Shown one piece after another: positions 13,134-24,965 of a stretch of 64,000 nucleotides of DNA. Each line of letters begins with the position of its first letter. Position 1 is the first letter of the stretch. The position numbers were made by a program, and so were the translations under genes. The notes beneath the pieces were generated by a model, which had not been told where the DNA came from, searched no databases, and saw only the letters and a program-made list of their open reading frames with translations. Location: positions 2,418,001 to 2,482,000 of the forward strand of contig JAWMAR010000253.1 in NCBI GenBank assembly GCA_036785375.1. The letters are read 5' to 3'. Source of the stretch: Leucoraja ocellata (Eukaryota).

Positions 13134-15740
13134 TTAGAAACATAGAAACATAGAAATTAGGTGCAGGAGTAGGCCATTCGACCCTTCGAGCCTGCACCGC
13201 CATTCAATATGATCATGGCTGATCATCCAACTCAGTATCCCGTACCTGCCTTCTCTCCATACCCTCTGATCCCCTTAGCCACAAGGGCCACATCTAACTC
13301 CCTCTTAAATATAGCCAATGAACTGGCCTCGACTACCCTCTGCGGCAGAGAGTTCCAGAGATTCACCACTCTCTGTGTGAAAAAAGTTCTTCTCATCTCG
13401 GTTTTAAAGGATTTCCCCCTTATCCTTAAGCTGTGTCCCCTTGTCCTGGACTTCCCCAACATCGGGAGCAATCTTCCTGCACCTAGCCTGTCCAACCCCT
13501 TAAGAATTTTGTAAGTTTCTATAAGATCCCCTCTCAATGTCCTAAATTCTAGAGAGTATAAACCAAGTCTATCCAGTCTTTCTTCATAAGACAGTCCTGA
13601 CATCCCAGGAATCAGTCTGGTGAACCTTCTCTGCACTCCCTCTATGGCAATAATGTCCTTCCTCAGATTTGGAGAACAAAACTGTACGCAATACTCCAGG
13701 TGTGGTCTCACCAAGACCCTGTACAACTGCAGTAGAACCTCCCTGCTCCTATACTCAAATCCTTTTGCTATGAAAGCTAACATACCATTCGCTTTCTTCA
13801 CTGCCTGCTGCACCTGCATGCCTACTTTCAATGACTGGTGTACCATGACACCCAGGTCTCGCTGCATCTCCCCTTTTCCTAGTCGGCCACCATTTAGATA
13901 ATAGTCTGCCTTCCTGTTTTTGCCACCAAGATGGATAACCTCACATTTATCCATATTATACTGCATCTGCCAAACATTTGCCCACTCACCCAGCCTATCC
14001 AACTCCTAGCATCCTCCTCACAGCTAACACTGCCCCCCAGCTTAGTGTTATCCGCAAACTTGGAGATATTTCCTTCAATTCCCTCATCCAGATCATTAAT
14101 ATATATTGTAAATAGCTGGGGTCCCAGCACTGAGCCTTGCGGTACCCCACTAGTCACTGCCTGCCATTGTGAAAAGGACCCGTTTACTCCTACTCTTTGC
14201 TTCCTGTTTGCCAGCCAGTTCTCTATCCACATCAATACTGAACCCCCAATGCCGTGTACTTTAATTTGTATACTAATCTCTTATGTGGGACCTTGTCGAA
14301 AGTCTTCTGGAAGTCCAGATACACCACATCCACTGGTTATCCCCTATCCACGCTACTAGTTACATCCTCGAAAAATTCTATAAGATTCGTCAGACATGAT
14401 TTACCTTTCGTAAATCCATGCTGACTTTGTCCAATGATTTCACCACTTTCCAAATGTGCTGCTATCCCATCTTTAATAACTGACTCTAGCAGTTTCCCCA
14501 CTACCGATGTTAGACTAGCTGGTCTGTAATTCCCCATTTTCTCTCTCCCTCCCTTCTTAAAAAGTGGGGTTACGTTTGCTACCCGCCAATCCTCAGGAAC
14601 TACTCCAGAATCTAAAGCGTTTTGAAAGATTATTACTAATGCATCCACTATTTCTGGAGCTACTTCCATAAGTACTCTGGGATGCAGCCTATCTGGCCCT
14701 GGGGATTTATCGGCCTTTAATCCATTCAATTTACCCAACACCACTTCCCGGCTAACCTGGATTTCACTCAATTCCTCCAACTCCTTTGACTCGCAGTCCC
14801 CTGCTATTTCCGGCAAATTATTTATGTCTTCCTTAGTGAAGACGGAACCAAAGTATTTATTCAATTGGTCCGCCATATCCTTGTTCCCCATGATCAACTC
14901 ACCTGTTTCTGACTGCAAGGGACCTACATTTGTTTTAACTAATCTCTTTCTTTTCAAATATCTATAAAAACTTTTGCAGTCAGTTTTTATGTTCCCTGCC
15001 AGTTTTCTTTCATAATCAATTTTTCCTTTCCTAATTAAGCCCTTTGTCCTCCTCTGCTGGCCTCTGAATTTCTCCCAGTCCTCCGGTATGCTGCTTTTTC
15101 TGGCTAATTTGTACGCATCATCCTTCGCTTTGATACTATCCTTGATTTCCCTTGTTATCCACGGATGTACTACCTTCCCTGATTTATTCTTTTGCCAAAC
15201 TGGGATGAACAATTTTTGTAGTTCATCCATGCAGTCTTTAAATGTCTTCCATTGCATATCCACCGTCAACCCTTTTAGAATTAATTGCCAGTCAATCTTG
15301 GCCAATTCACGTCTCATACCCTCAAAGTTACCTTTCTTTAAGTTCAGAACCATTGTTTCTGAATTAACAATGTCACTCTCCATCCTAATGAAGAACTCAA
15401 CCATATTATGGTCACTCTTGCCCAAGGGGGCACGTACAACAAGATTGCTAACTAACCCTTCCTCATTACTCAATACCCAGTCTAAAATAGCCTGCTCTCT
15501 CGTTGGTTCCTCTACATGTTGATTTAGATAACTATCCCGCATTCAGTCCAAGAAATTCTCTTCCTCAGCACCCCTGCCAATTTGATTCACCCAATCTATA
15601 TGTAGATTGAAGTCACCCATTATAACTGTTTTGCCTTTGTCGCACGCATTTCTAATTTCCTGTTTGATACCATCTCCAACTTCACTACTACTGTTAGGTG
15701 GCCTGTACACAACACCCACCAGCGTTTTCTGCCCCTTAGT
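13134..15740 (-). mobile_element. 5'-truncated CR1 LINE (same young subfamily)
   Basis: ORF2 fragments 14337-15542, 13894-14235, 13232-14002; tail repeat. Confidence 0.95.
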
Positions 15741-16481
15741 GCCCCTTAAACCTGCATCCCCTGGTTCTCGATTCCCCTGGCATGGTCAGTCACAGCTTTC
15801 TCCCTCCATTCACTGCACATGAAGAGGAAAGGTTTAGAGGGCCATGAGCCAAACCCAACCAGGTGGGACTAGTTTAGAGGGGGCATCTTGCTAGGAATTG
15901 TCTGGGTGGGCAGAAGGGCCTGCTTCCTCGCTGGATGGGGAAATGGCTCCCAGGCTCTAAGCAGTTCATGTTTCAGTTGGTAGACTGACAGACAGTATTG
16001 CAAGCATTTTGTGCAACTGTCGATCTGTCCGTTAGTGAAGCTTTGCAGCCAAACACTTGTTTATTTTGGTCTCAGAGGCAGAGCACACAGCATGGTGACT
16101 GGAGGGAGGAAACCGTGACTGACCAGGGGGGTCAAGAACCAGAGGAGATAGGTTTTGCAGGTGGACAAAGAAGGGAGAGATTGAACGTTTTGTGGCCTTC
16201 CATCACAGTGAGGAATGTGGAGGAGTCACTGTGGTGGATGTTTATGTTGAAATGTATTTTGTGTGTTCTGTTGCTTCTTATTGGTATGACTATGGCTAAT
16301 CAAATTCCTCGTATGTTGCAAATAAAATATGATTATGATTATGATCGTGATTAGATCAGAGGGGCATGATTTGACAGATACCTGTACTAGACGAGCAACA
16401 TTTTCACTCAGAGACGGAGGGTGTAAGAAATTTAGATGAGAGGGTGCAACTACTGTAGTGAAACTAACGTGGGAGTTAAAA

Positions 16482-16554
16482 TCAGATTACATTTCTTGGT
16501 ATGGTTAAATTTTGACTAACGTTGTATATTCTGTGTCCTTTTGTATAGTCTGAC
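16482..16554 (-). CDS. Unknown gene X, terminal coding exon (SDYTKGHRIYNVSQNLTIPRNVI*)
   Basis: cttcattcctgtag|GT acceptor; stop at 16482-16484; AATAAA on the minus strand at 16060-16065. Confidence 0.55.
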
Positions 16555-17188
16555 CTACAGGAATGAAGACATAAACAGATTGCAGGCAAAAATATCAAGT
16601 TCTAACACAAGCAGTGACTTATCTTACTTAGAGTCCAGGCATCAAGTTTAGTCTAGATTACAGACACTGCGTGGACACAGGCCCTTCGGCCCACGGAGTC
16701 TGTACCGACCAGCGATCACCCGTACGCTGGTTCTATCCTACACACCATATAACCATATAACACTTGGAACAATTATTTTACGGAATGTCACCCATTCCTT
16801 CGCTCCAGGGATGCTGCCTGTCCTGCCGAGTTTTTTTCCAAGCAACCTATAAACATCCTTTCCACTCACCCTATCCTGGTCAAATTAGTTGAGGATGGCA
16901 CAGTGGCGCAGCGGTAGAGTAGCTGCCTCACACACCGCCAGAGACCCGAGTTCGATCCTGACTACGGTTGCTGTCTGTGGGGAGTTTGCACGTTCTCCCA
17001 GTGACCGTGTGGGTTTTCTCCGGGTGCTCTGGTTTCCTCCCATATTCCAAAGAGCTGAATTGTAGCTGAATTGGCTCTATAAATTGTCCATAGTTTGTTG
17101 CATAGAACTCATGTGAACTGGTTGGTGTGAACTCAGAGTGCAATGATGTTTAGTCATCCCTATAAAGGATATAAATTCTCATGCTTAC

Positions 17189-17224
17189 AGATCATTTTCA
17201 TTAGTCATTTTAAAAATATGTACC
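17189..17224 (-). CDS. Unknown gene X, tentative 36-nt exon (VHIFKMTNENDL)
   Basis: Good donor TCT|gtaagc, weak acceptor (gactag); open in phase 2. Confidence 0.35.
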
Positions 17225-17505
17225 CTAGTCATATTGTTAACCAGCAGATTTTCCAAAGTAGGTTCTCAGCAAGGCCGTTCTCAGGCTCTCAGCCCTGCCA
17301 TAGCGAACTTATGAAACTTGTAATATGCTGAACTTTGAATGCTGTTTTTTCTCTTCACCTCATTACGGTAGTGCTAACCACTCTCCCCGTCCCACTCAAA
17401 AACACGTACTCCCACAATCCCATTAAACCCAGTGGTATTATGTTACTTAGCATGCTTGCTCGGAGCTGCCTAAGTCACAGAAGGATAGGATTTCACGTTC
17501 CTTAC

Positions 17506-17532
17506 GGGTTTGAATTAATATCAAGTTTCTTC
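17506..17532 (-). CDS. Unknown gene X, 27-nt micro-exon (KKLDINSNP)
   Basis: taatttccag|GA ... CCC|gtaagg; phase 2 to 2. A damaged mirror copy lies at ~35465-35492. Confidence 0.55.
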
Positions 17533-17604
17533 CTGGAAATTATAGATACATTTGGGCAGCACAGTGGCGCAGTTGCTGCCAGAGGCCCGGGTTCAATCTT
17601 GGGC

Positions 17605-18724
17605 AGAGACAGGTTGGGTGAGTGACTTGGACAGGTTGGGTGAGTGCATGGCAGATGCAATTCAATGTGGATAAATGTGAGGCTATCCACTTTGGTAGCA
17701 AAAACAGGAAGGCAGATTATTATCTAAATGGTGTCAAGTGGGGAAAAGGGGATCGGGGGTCCTTGTTCATCAGTCAATGAAAGTAAGCATGCAGGTACAG
17801 CAGGCAGTGAAGAAAGCGAATGGCATGTTTGCTTTCATAACAAGAGCAGTTGAGTATAGGAGCAAAGAGGTCCTTCTGCAGTTGTATAGGGTCCTAGTGG
17901 GACAATACCTGGAGTCTTGTGTGCAGTTTTGGTCCCCTAATTTGAGGAAGGACATTCTTGCTATTGAGGGAGTGCAGCGTAGGTGTAAAGGTTTTCTGTC
18001 AGAGGCAAGGCTCTGTTGTGACTAGCACAAGAGGACACGTCCACACCGAGCTCGTATATTCTGCAATCACTGCCTTTTATCTTGAAGGTCAATTGACCTC
18101 AGTCACGAGGCTCAGGCACAAGTTTATGTTACATATATTACATTACAAAGACATCACATCTCCCTCTTTACTTTTTAAACTTTACAGGCACTGGTATTTA
18201 CACTATATACATATTACATGTATTACATAAAGGCATCACATATAACCATATAACAATTACAGCACGGAAACAGGCCATCTCGGCCCTACATTCCATGCCG
18301 AACAGATTGAAGTCACCCATTATAACTGCTTTGCCTTTGTCGCACGCATTTCTAATTTCCTGTTTGATACCATCTCCAACTTCACTACTACTGTTAGGTG
18401 GCCTGTACACAACACCCACCAGCGTTTTCTGCCCCTTAGTGTTTCGCAGCTCTACCCATACCGATTCCACATCCTCCAAACTAATGTCCTTCCTTTCCAT
18501 TGCGTTAATCTCCTTTCTAATCAGCAACGCTACCCCACCTCCTTTTCCTTTCTCTCTATCCCTCCTGAATATTGAATATCCCTGGATGTTCAGTTCCCAG
18601 CCTTGGTCATCCTGGAGCCATGTCTCCGTGATCCCAACTATATCATAATCATTAATGGCTATCTGCAAGATAATCATTAATGGCTATCTGCACGATAGCC
18701 ACTTAAAGAAGTTCCCCCTCATGT
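17605..18724. mobile_element. CR1 fragments: + strand C-terminal piece (17605-17985) and - strand endonuclease piece joined to a CR1 tail (18240-18700)
   Basis: ORFs 17738-18025 and 18198-18677; mirrored at 34300-35395. Confidence 0.85.
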
Positions 18725-19254
18725 TGATGAATAGAAATTCTGAATCAATGTTATAAGATTGTTCTGAAAGACAAAATGGTTGGCCAGGTAGACTGAAACA
18801 AAGGACATAAGATGGCTGCTGACCAGACTTGCTGGAACAGCAGCCTAGGAGCGAATACACAATCTCTTGCAGTTACTGTGTAGTCATGAATAAAGGATCA
18901 CAGGCCCAGTCTGACAAGATTGAGGAATACACAACCCCCCCCCCCTAGCCAGGAAGACTGAGGAATGTACTGGTCTGAGAGTATGTGTGGTTCCTCTTTC
19001 ATCCCCTTATATGTCCATACTTGGTTTCCTGTTTCTCCCAACGTGTTGGTTCTTTGATCAGGGGAATGTGGGAGGTGCTAAACGGTGGCATTAACATATA
19101 AAGAGCCTTGCAATTAAGGGCAGGCAGCTTGACTCTTTGCCAGGTTGTAACCTGTGTGGAGATTCCTGCTCAATAAACGTACGTTTAAAGCAACCCCGGT
19201 GCCTGGTCGATTATTGTCGAAACAACCGATGTGAGAGAGAAACTTGAATCAACA
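18725..19254 (+). repeat. ERV 5' LTR (TATAAA 19097-19102, AATAAA 19172-19177)
   Basis: TGATGAATAG...AATCAACA, direct repeat of 22554-23083. Confidence 0.95.
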
Positions 19255-19257
19255 TTT

Positions 19258-19275
19258 TGGTGTCAGGAGTGGGAT
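19258..19275 (+). promoter_or_regulatory. Primer-binding site, tRNA-Leu(CAG) type
   Basis: TGGTGTCAGGAGTGGGAT, 3 nt after the LTR, is the reverse complement of the vertebrate tRNA-Leu(CAG) 3' end ...AUCCCACUCCUGACACCA. Confidence 0.88.
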
Positions 19276-19607
19276 GTCAACCAGCGACTGATCGAGCCGG
19301 CAAGTGAATCCACTGGGCGACGGGATCGATGTGAAGGGTGCGCAGCCAAGTGAGTAGATTTAGTTAAATCTCCTCTTGGTCCTTCCTCGTATCCCGGCGT
19401 AGCAGGGTAATTCGCTGACTTGCGTCAGTTGGTGGGACGACATCCGAACATTCCGGTTGTGGGCACGGGGATAGGGCCGTCTCGAGGATTATCCTAGTCT
19501 GATCGAGCGGATAAAACACCCCGTAGAGGGGGACCGTAGACGGTATATAAGAGGAGTGCACTGTGTATAGGAAGTTAACTAGTTGAAAGAGTTAGCAAGT
19601 ATTGAGT

Positions 19608-20010
19608 GTTAGCCGAGACCAAAGTACCCTCATATCTCACAGAAAGTCCACTTTAAAGTGGCCGAGTGAGATACGACGGAACCAAGGACTCACGGTTAAC
19701 CCTGAAATTTTGTTGTGATATTTGTGTAATAAAGTTAACTAGTATTGAGACGTTAACTGAGACCAAGGTACCCCCATATCTCACAGAAAGTCCACTTTAA
19801 AGTGGCCGAGTGAGATACGGAGGAACCAAGGGCTCTAGGTTAACCCTGAAAGAGTTAGCAAGTATTGAGTGTTAGCCGAGACCAAAGTACCTCCGTATCT
19901 CACAGAAAGTCCGCCTTAGACTGGTTGTTAAGAGAGGAAATCCTCCACGCGAAGGTCAGGAATTGAAGTGACCGAGTGAGATACGGTGGAACCAAGGACT
20001 CGCGGTTAAC
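19608..20010 (+). repeat. Three tandem structured repeats in the ERV leader (19608-19700, 19752-19844, 19871-20010)
   Basis: Each unit: GTTARCY-GAG-ACCAARGTA-CCNNCRTATCTCAC-AGAAAGT-[apical]-CCGA-GTGAGATACGNNGG-AACCAAGGR-CTC-NN-GGTTAAC, folding into a long stem-loop. Confidence 0.85.
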
Positions 20011-20046
20011 CCTGAAATATTGTGTGTAATAGTAATAAGTTTAAAA

Positions 20047-20608
20047 ATGGGTAATGGTATGGACACCAGTTGTCACCCAGACCGGCCATTACATCAGCTA
20101 TGTTTCTTGCATCCAGAAATGGAGGAGACCTTTAGGCGTATGTCGGGAGGACTCATTCATAAACTGGGGAAGGATGAATGGCCTGAAGGGGGTTATGAGT
20201 GTGTTATCAAGAGCCCAAAGTGTAATATGGAGAACGGATTTTAAAAAAAAAGAAAAAAAAATGTAAAAGGGCCATTCAGTTGTGGATCGATCATTGTAAC
20301 AAAGAAAAGGCACGGTCTTTAACGGCCAGTTGGCAGAGCAATGCCTTGAAACAGGAATACCCCTGACCGAGGGGGGTCAGGAGAAGTCAGTGACAGTATT
20401 AAAACAGGAATGCAGGCTTGCTAAGGAAAGTAAGGATCGTCAGGAGAGAGAGAGAGACAAAATATGGCCAAGGTAGATAAAGACTTACGTAAGTCGGTGG
20501 CTGGCATAGATTTTGGAGGTGATGACGAGGAGGAGGTAGAGGATTATCCTTGGGGAGTCCGTGGAGCACCCCCGTTGAACCAGCCTGCCCCCGTTGCCAG
20601 TCCTGTTT
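20047..20608 (+). pseudogene. gag: Truncated, frameshifted gag (matrix region)
   Basis: MGNG... myristoylation-type start, WPEGG motif resembling the class I matrix WPxxG, then an acidic/proline-rich stretch before the deletion junction. Confidence 0.7.
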
Positions 20609-21934
20609 GGTAACAGGTTGGCTGACGATGCGGCTAAGTGTGCTTCACGCGGTAAATTTAAAGTGGTGGGTAGTATGATGAGGCAGGTGAAAAGCCTTTA
20701 TATGGGCTCGTCTGAATCTGAGAAACCTATGCCAACCATAAATGATGTATAGCTCTTACAGGGGGACGCCTCTGCTAATGTTATAATGGAATGGGAGCAG
20801 CTGGGCTGTCGGAAGGCTGACTCTGGATTGTGGCTCACGCCGGCCGGACAGACCTGTATGACAGACCAGTTAGCGACCTGGGTTGTTGATTGCCTACATT
20901 TAGCCACTCACTGTGGGGCCACCTTGCTAGTAGACGCTCTCTTACAGGCATGGTGGCATCCTCGACTTAAGGTTTTGGCAGCCCAAACTAGTGCGCGGTG
21001 CCTCACCTGTGCTACACACAACCCTGGTAAACGAGTTGTCTGCCAGACGGGTCGTACTCCATTATCTACTGCTCCGTTTGAAACCTTGCAGATGGATTTT
21101 ATTGATTTGCCTAAGTGTCAGTGTTATAAACATGTACTTGTTATTGTTGATGTGTTTTCTAGATGGATTGAAGCCTTTCCAACCACTGATTGCACTGCCT
21201 CTACGGTGGTGTCTATTTTATTACGGCAGGTTGTTCCTCGTTTCGGGGTTCCAAACACCATCAGTTCGGATAACGGCCCTCACTTCATTGCCGCTATCAA
21301 TAAAGAATTGTACCGACAGCTGGGCGTAACCCAGCGGCTACATTGTGCTTATCGCCCACAGGCTGCAGGAATGGTGGAACACTTGAACTAGACCCTGAAG
21401 ACCAAGCTTGCCAAGCTGGTGGACCAATCAGGCTCCACCTGGGTTAAAATGTTGCCCGTTGCTTTGTTCCAGATCAGAGTCCTTCCAGCAGGGAAGACAA
21501 GGTTGTCTCCTGCAGAGATCATCTATGGCCGACCTCTGCGCACCCCTTGGACAGACATTATCCCGGCCACAATGACGTTGCATCACATGACGGAGGAGAT
21601 GGTCTCTTATGTCCTTGCCCTTACAAGGGCCCTGCGTGAGATTCATGGGAAGGTCAAGGCCGCTTATGTGGGCGACATAGATTTTCCCGTTAATGGACGG
21701 ATCACCCCGGGTTCTTATGTGTTGATTAAGAATTGGGTTCGTAAGGACACCCTTTCTCCTCGATGGTTGGGCCCCTTCCAGGTTCTCCTCACCACCCCCA
21801 CCGCGGTAAAGGTAGAAGGACGATCGGCATGGGTGCATCTGCACCATTGCAAAGTGGTTGGTGACACCAAGCAAAGGTGGGAGGTCGAGGTCAGGGAGGG
21901 GGATCCAGTCCACGGAAAGCAGGGCACGAATTAA
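20609..21934 (+). pseudogene. pol: pol remnant: RNase H C-terminus plus integrase, with in-frame stops
   Basis: GNRLADDAAK; HLATH...CLTC zinc finger; QMDFID...SDNGPHF...GMVE DDE core; WLGPFQVLLTTPTAVKV...WVH GPY/F region. Stops near 20750 and at 21389. Confidence 0.93.
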
Positions 21935-22553
21935 TTTTGCTATGAGATTGCACGTTCTTTTTTTCCCTCCCTTGTCTTCACAGATACGAAATAAATCACT
22001 GAGATCAGGGTCTTTGTGGCATTAATATGTGTGGCGACCACTGCCAGGTTAATCGGTTTCGGCTGGAAATGGACAAAGACTGAACACGGACGGAACTAAC
22101 AGGAGACTCCTAACTAACTCCAATTTATTCATCCAGGCACACAACGAGCTATTCAGGAAGGGGCAGGTGCTTTGTTATCCACAAATGAAATCAGTTACCT
22201 CCCTGTTTACCCCATCCCCTGCATGGGGTTGAACTGAACGACTGGTGAAGTGCCAGGACAAAAAACCGGTCCCCGTCAAGCCCGATTAATGGTGGCCTTA
22301 TTGGGTTTGGGGACCACCCCCGAGGAAGCTAAAAGTTCTGTACGAATGATGGTCTTACAGCGTGAGCAGGAGAGACTGTTACCATTCCCCAGCGACAGCG
22401 AAAACAATGAAGTGCGTGAGGAAGGAGAATTGGGGGATAAAGGTCAGACGGTCCAAGAAGCCTTGGCCAGGGAACTAAAAGGTTACGAGTTTCGGCGAAT
22501 GGGACTTTTAAATGGACTATGAGTGTTGCCATAAGAATGGCAAAAGGGGGGAA

Positions 22554-23083
22554 TGATGAATAGAAATTCTGAATCAATGTTATAAGATTGTTCTGAAAGA
22601 CAAAATGGTTGGCCAGGTAGACTGAAACAAAGGACATAAGATGGCTGCTGACCAGACTTGCTGGAACCGGCTGCAATTAAGGAAATCACAATCTCTTGCA
22701 GTTACTGTGTAGTCATGAATAAAGGATCACAGGCCCAGTCTGACAAGATTGAGGAATACACAACCCCCCCCTAGCCAGAAAGACTAAGGAATGTACTGGT
22801 CTGAGATTATGCGTGGTTCCTCTAACTTCCCCTTATATGGACATACTTGGTTTCCTGTATTCTCCCAACGTGTTGGTCCTTTGATCGGGGGGAATGTGGG
22901 AGGTGCTAAACGGTGGCATTAACATATAAAGAGCCTTGCAATTAAGGGCAGGCAGCTTGACTCTTTGCCAGGTTGTAACCTGTGTGGAGATTCCTGCTCA
23001 ATAAAACGTACGTTTAAAGCAACCCTGGTGCCTGGTCGATTATTGTCGAAACAACCGATGAGAGAGAGAAACGTGAATCAACA
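22554..23083 (+). repeat. ERV 3' LTR, preceded by polypurine tract AAAAGGGGGGAA (22542-22553)
   Basis: Direct repeat of the 5' LTR with the PPT immediately upstream. Confidence 0.95.
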
Positions 23084-23269
23084 GGGGAGGGGGCGAGACA
23101 TGCGGACGGGGAAAACGAACACGGAAAGTCAGGATGACATTGCGGGTGAAAATGGAGAAATCAGGCGGGTATTCCAATATCTTGCCAGTTGCTGGGGAGG
23201 GAGAGGCAGATTGGCAGATGAGGAGACTGGTGTGAGTGGTAAATACAATGAGGATGTAGAGATGGACAA

Positions 23270-24965
23270 TAGGTGTAGGAGTAGGCCATTCGGCCCTTTG
23301 AGCCAGCACCGCCATTCAATGTGATCATGACTGATCATCCCCAATCAGTACCCCGTTCCTGCCTTCTCCCCATATCCCCTGACTCCGCTATCCGCTAGAG
23401 TCCTATCTAGCCAGTGAACCTGTCTCCACCGCCCTCCGAGGCAGAAAATTCCACAGACTCACCACTCTCTAAGAGATAAAGTGTTTCCTCATCTCCGTTC
23501 TAAATGGCTTGCTCCTTATTCTTAAACTGTGGCCCCTGGTTCTGGACCCCCCCCCCCCCCCCCCCTCCCCCAACATCGGGAACATGTTTCCTGCCTCTAG
23601 CATGTCCAAGCCCTTAACAATCTTATATGTTTCAATGAGATCCCTTCTCATCCATCTAAACTCCAGAGTGTACAACCCAGCTGCTCCATTCTCTCAGCAT
23701 ATGACAGTCCCACCATCCCGGGAATTAACCTTGTAAACCTACGCTGCACTCCCTCAATAGCAAGAATGTCCTTCCTCAAATTAGGGGACCAAAACTGCAC
23801 ACAATACTCTAGGTGTGGTCTCACTAAGGCCCTGTACAACTGCAGAAGGACCTCTTTGCTCCTATATTCGATTCCTATTGTTATAAAGGCCAACAAGCCA
23901 TTCGCTTTCTTCACTGCCTGCTGTTACTGCATGCTTACTTTCATAGACTGATGTACAAGGACCCCCAGATCCCGTTGTACTTCCCCTTTTCCCAACTTGA
24001 CGCCATTTAGATAGTAATCTGCCTCCCTGTTTTTGCTACCAAAGTTGATAACCTCACATTTATCCGTATTAAACTTCATCTGCCATGCATCTGCCCACTC
24101 CCCCAACCTGTCCAAGTCACCCTGCATGCTCATAGCATCCTCCTCACAGTTCACACTGCCACCCAGCTTTGTGTCATCTGCAAACTTGCTAATGTTATTT
24201 TGAATCCTTTCATCCAAATCATTGATGTATATTGTAAATAGCTGCGGTCCCAACACTGAGCCTTGCGGTACTCCCACTAGTCACTGCCTGCCATTCTGAA
24301 AGGGACGCGTTAATCCCTACTCATTGTTTCCTTTCAGCCAACCACTTCTCTATCCATGTCAGCACTCTACCCCCAATACCATGTGCCCTAATTTTGCCCA
24401 CTAATCTCCTATGTGGGACCTTATCAAATGCTTTCTGGAAGTCCAGGTACACTACATCCACTGGCTCTCCCTTGTCCATTTTCCTAGTTACATCTTCAAA
24501 ATATTCCAGAAGATTAGTCAAGCATGATTTCCCCTTCGTAAATCCATACTGACTCGGACCGATCCTGTTACTGCTATCCAAATGTTCGGCTATCTCATCT
24601 TTTATAATTGACTACAGTATCTTCCCCACCACCGATATCAGGCTAACTGGTCTATAATTCCCTGTTTTCTCTCCCGCCTTTCTTAAGAAGTGGGATAACA
24701 GCTACCCACCAATCCGCAGGAACTGATCCTGAATCTATAGAACATTGGAAAATTATCACCAATGCATCCACGATTTCTAGAGTCACTTCCTTAAGTACCC
24801 TGGGATTCAGACCATCAGGCCCTGGGGATTTATCAGCCTTCAGTCCCATCTGTCTATCCAACACCATTTCCTGCCTAATGTGGATTTCCTTCAGTTCCTC
24901 TGTCACCCCAGATCCTATGGCCACTACTATATCAGGGAGATTGTTTGTGTCCTCCTTAGTGAAGA
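23270..24965 (-). mobile_element. Decayed CR1 LINE (RT to 3' end)
   Basis: Fragmented ORFs with KSPGPDG, YLDFQKAFDKVPH and FADDTK. Confidence 0.92.

Larger units (their letters stand above)
1..18724. repeat. Left arm of a large inverted segmental duplication (probably extends beyond window start)
   Basis: Reverse-complement match to 34276-51899 in unique sequence, exons and shared TEs: position 1 pairs with 51899, 3598 with 49355, 10331 with 42697, 11291 with 40031, 18724 with 34276. Interrupted by arm-specific insertions. Confidence 0.93.
18725..23083 (+). mobile_element. Internally deleted class I (gamma/epsilon-like) endogenous retrovirus
   Basis: Two 530-bp TG...CA LTRs, PBS, PPT, gag 5' end, RNase H tail and integrase. 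Protease, RT and an intact env are absent. Confidence 0.95.

Noticed and set aside
16505-16554. Alternative frame QTIQKDTEYTTLVKI* with an ITSM-like TEYTTL, suggesting a third SLAM gene tail
   Set aside because: Propagating this phase upstream hits a stop in the 119-nt exon, and no Ig or TM exons were found upstream. Not fully excluded without transcripts.
19608-20010. CRISPR array or hammerhead ribozyme in the ERV leader repeats
   Set aside because: Vertebrate retroviral context, no unique spacers, and no CUGANGA/GAAA core in the required arrangement.
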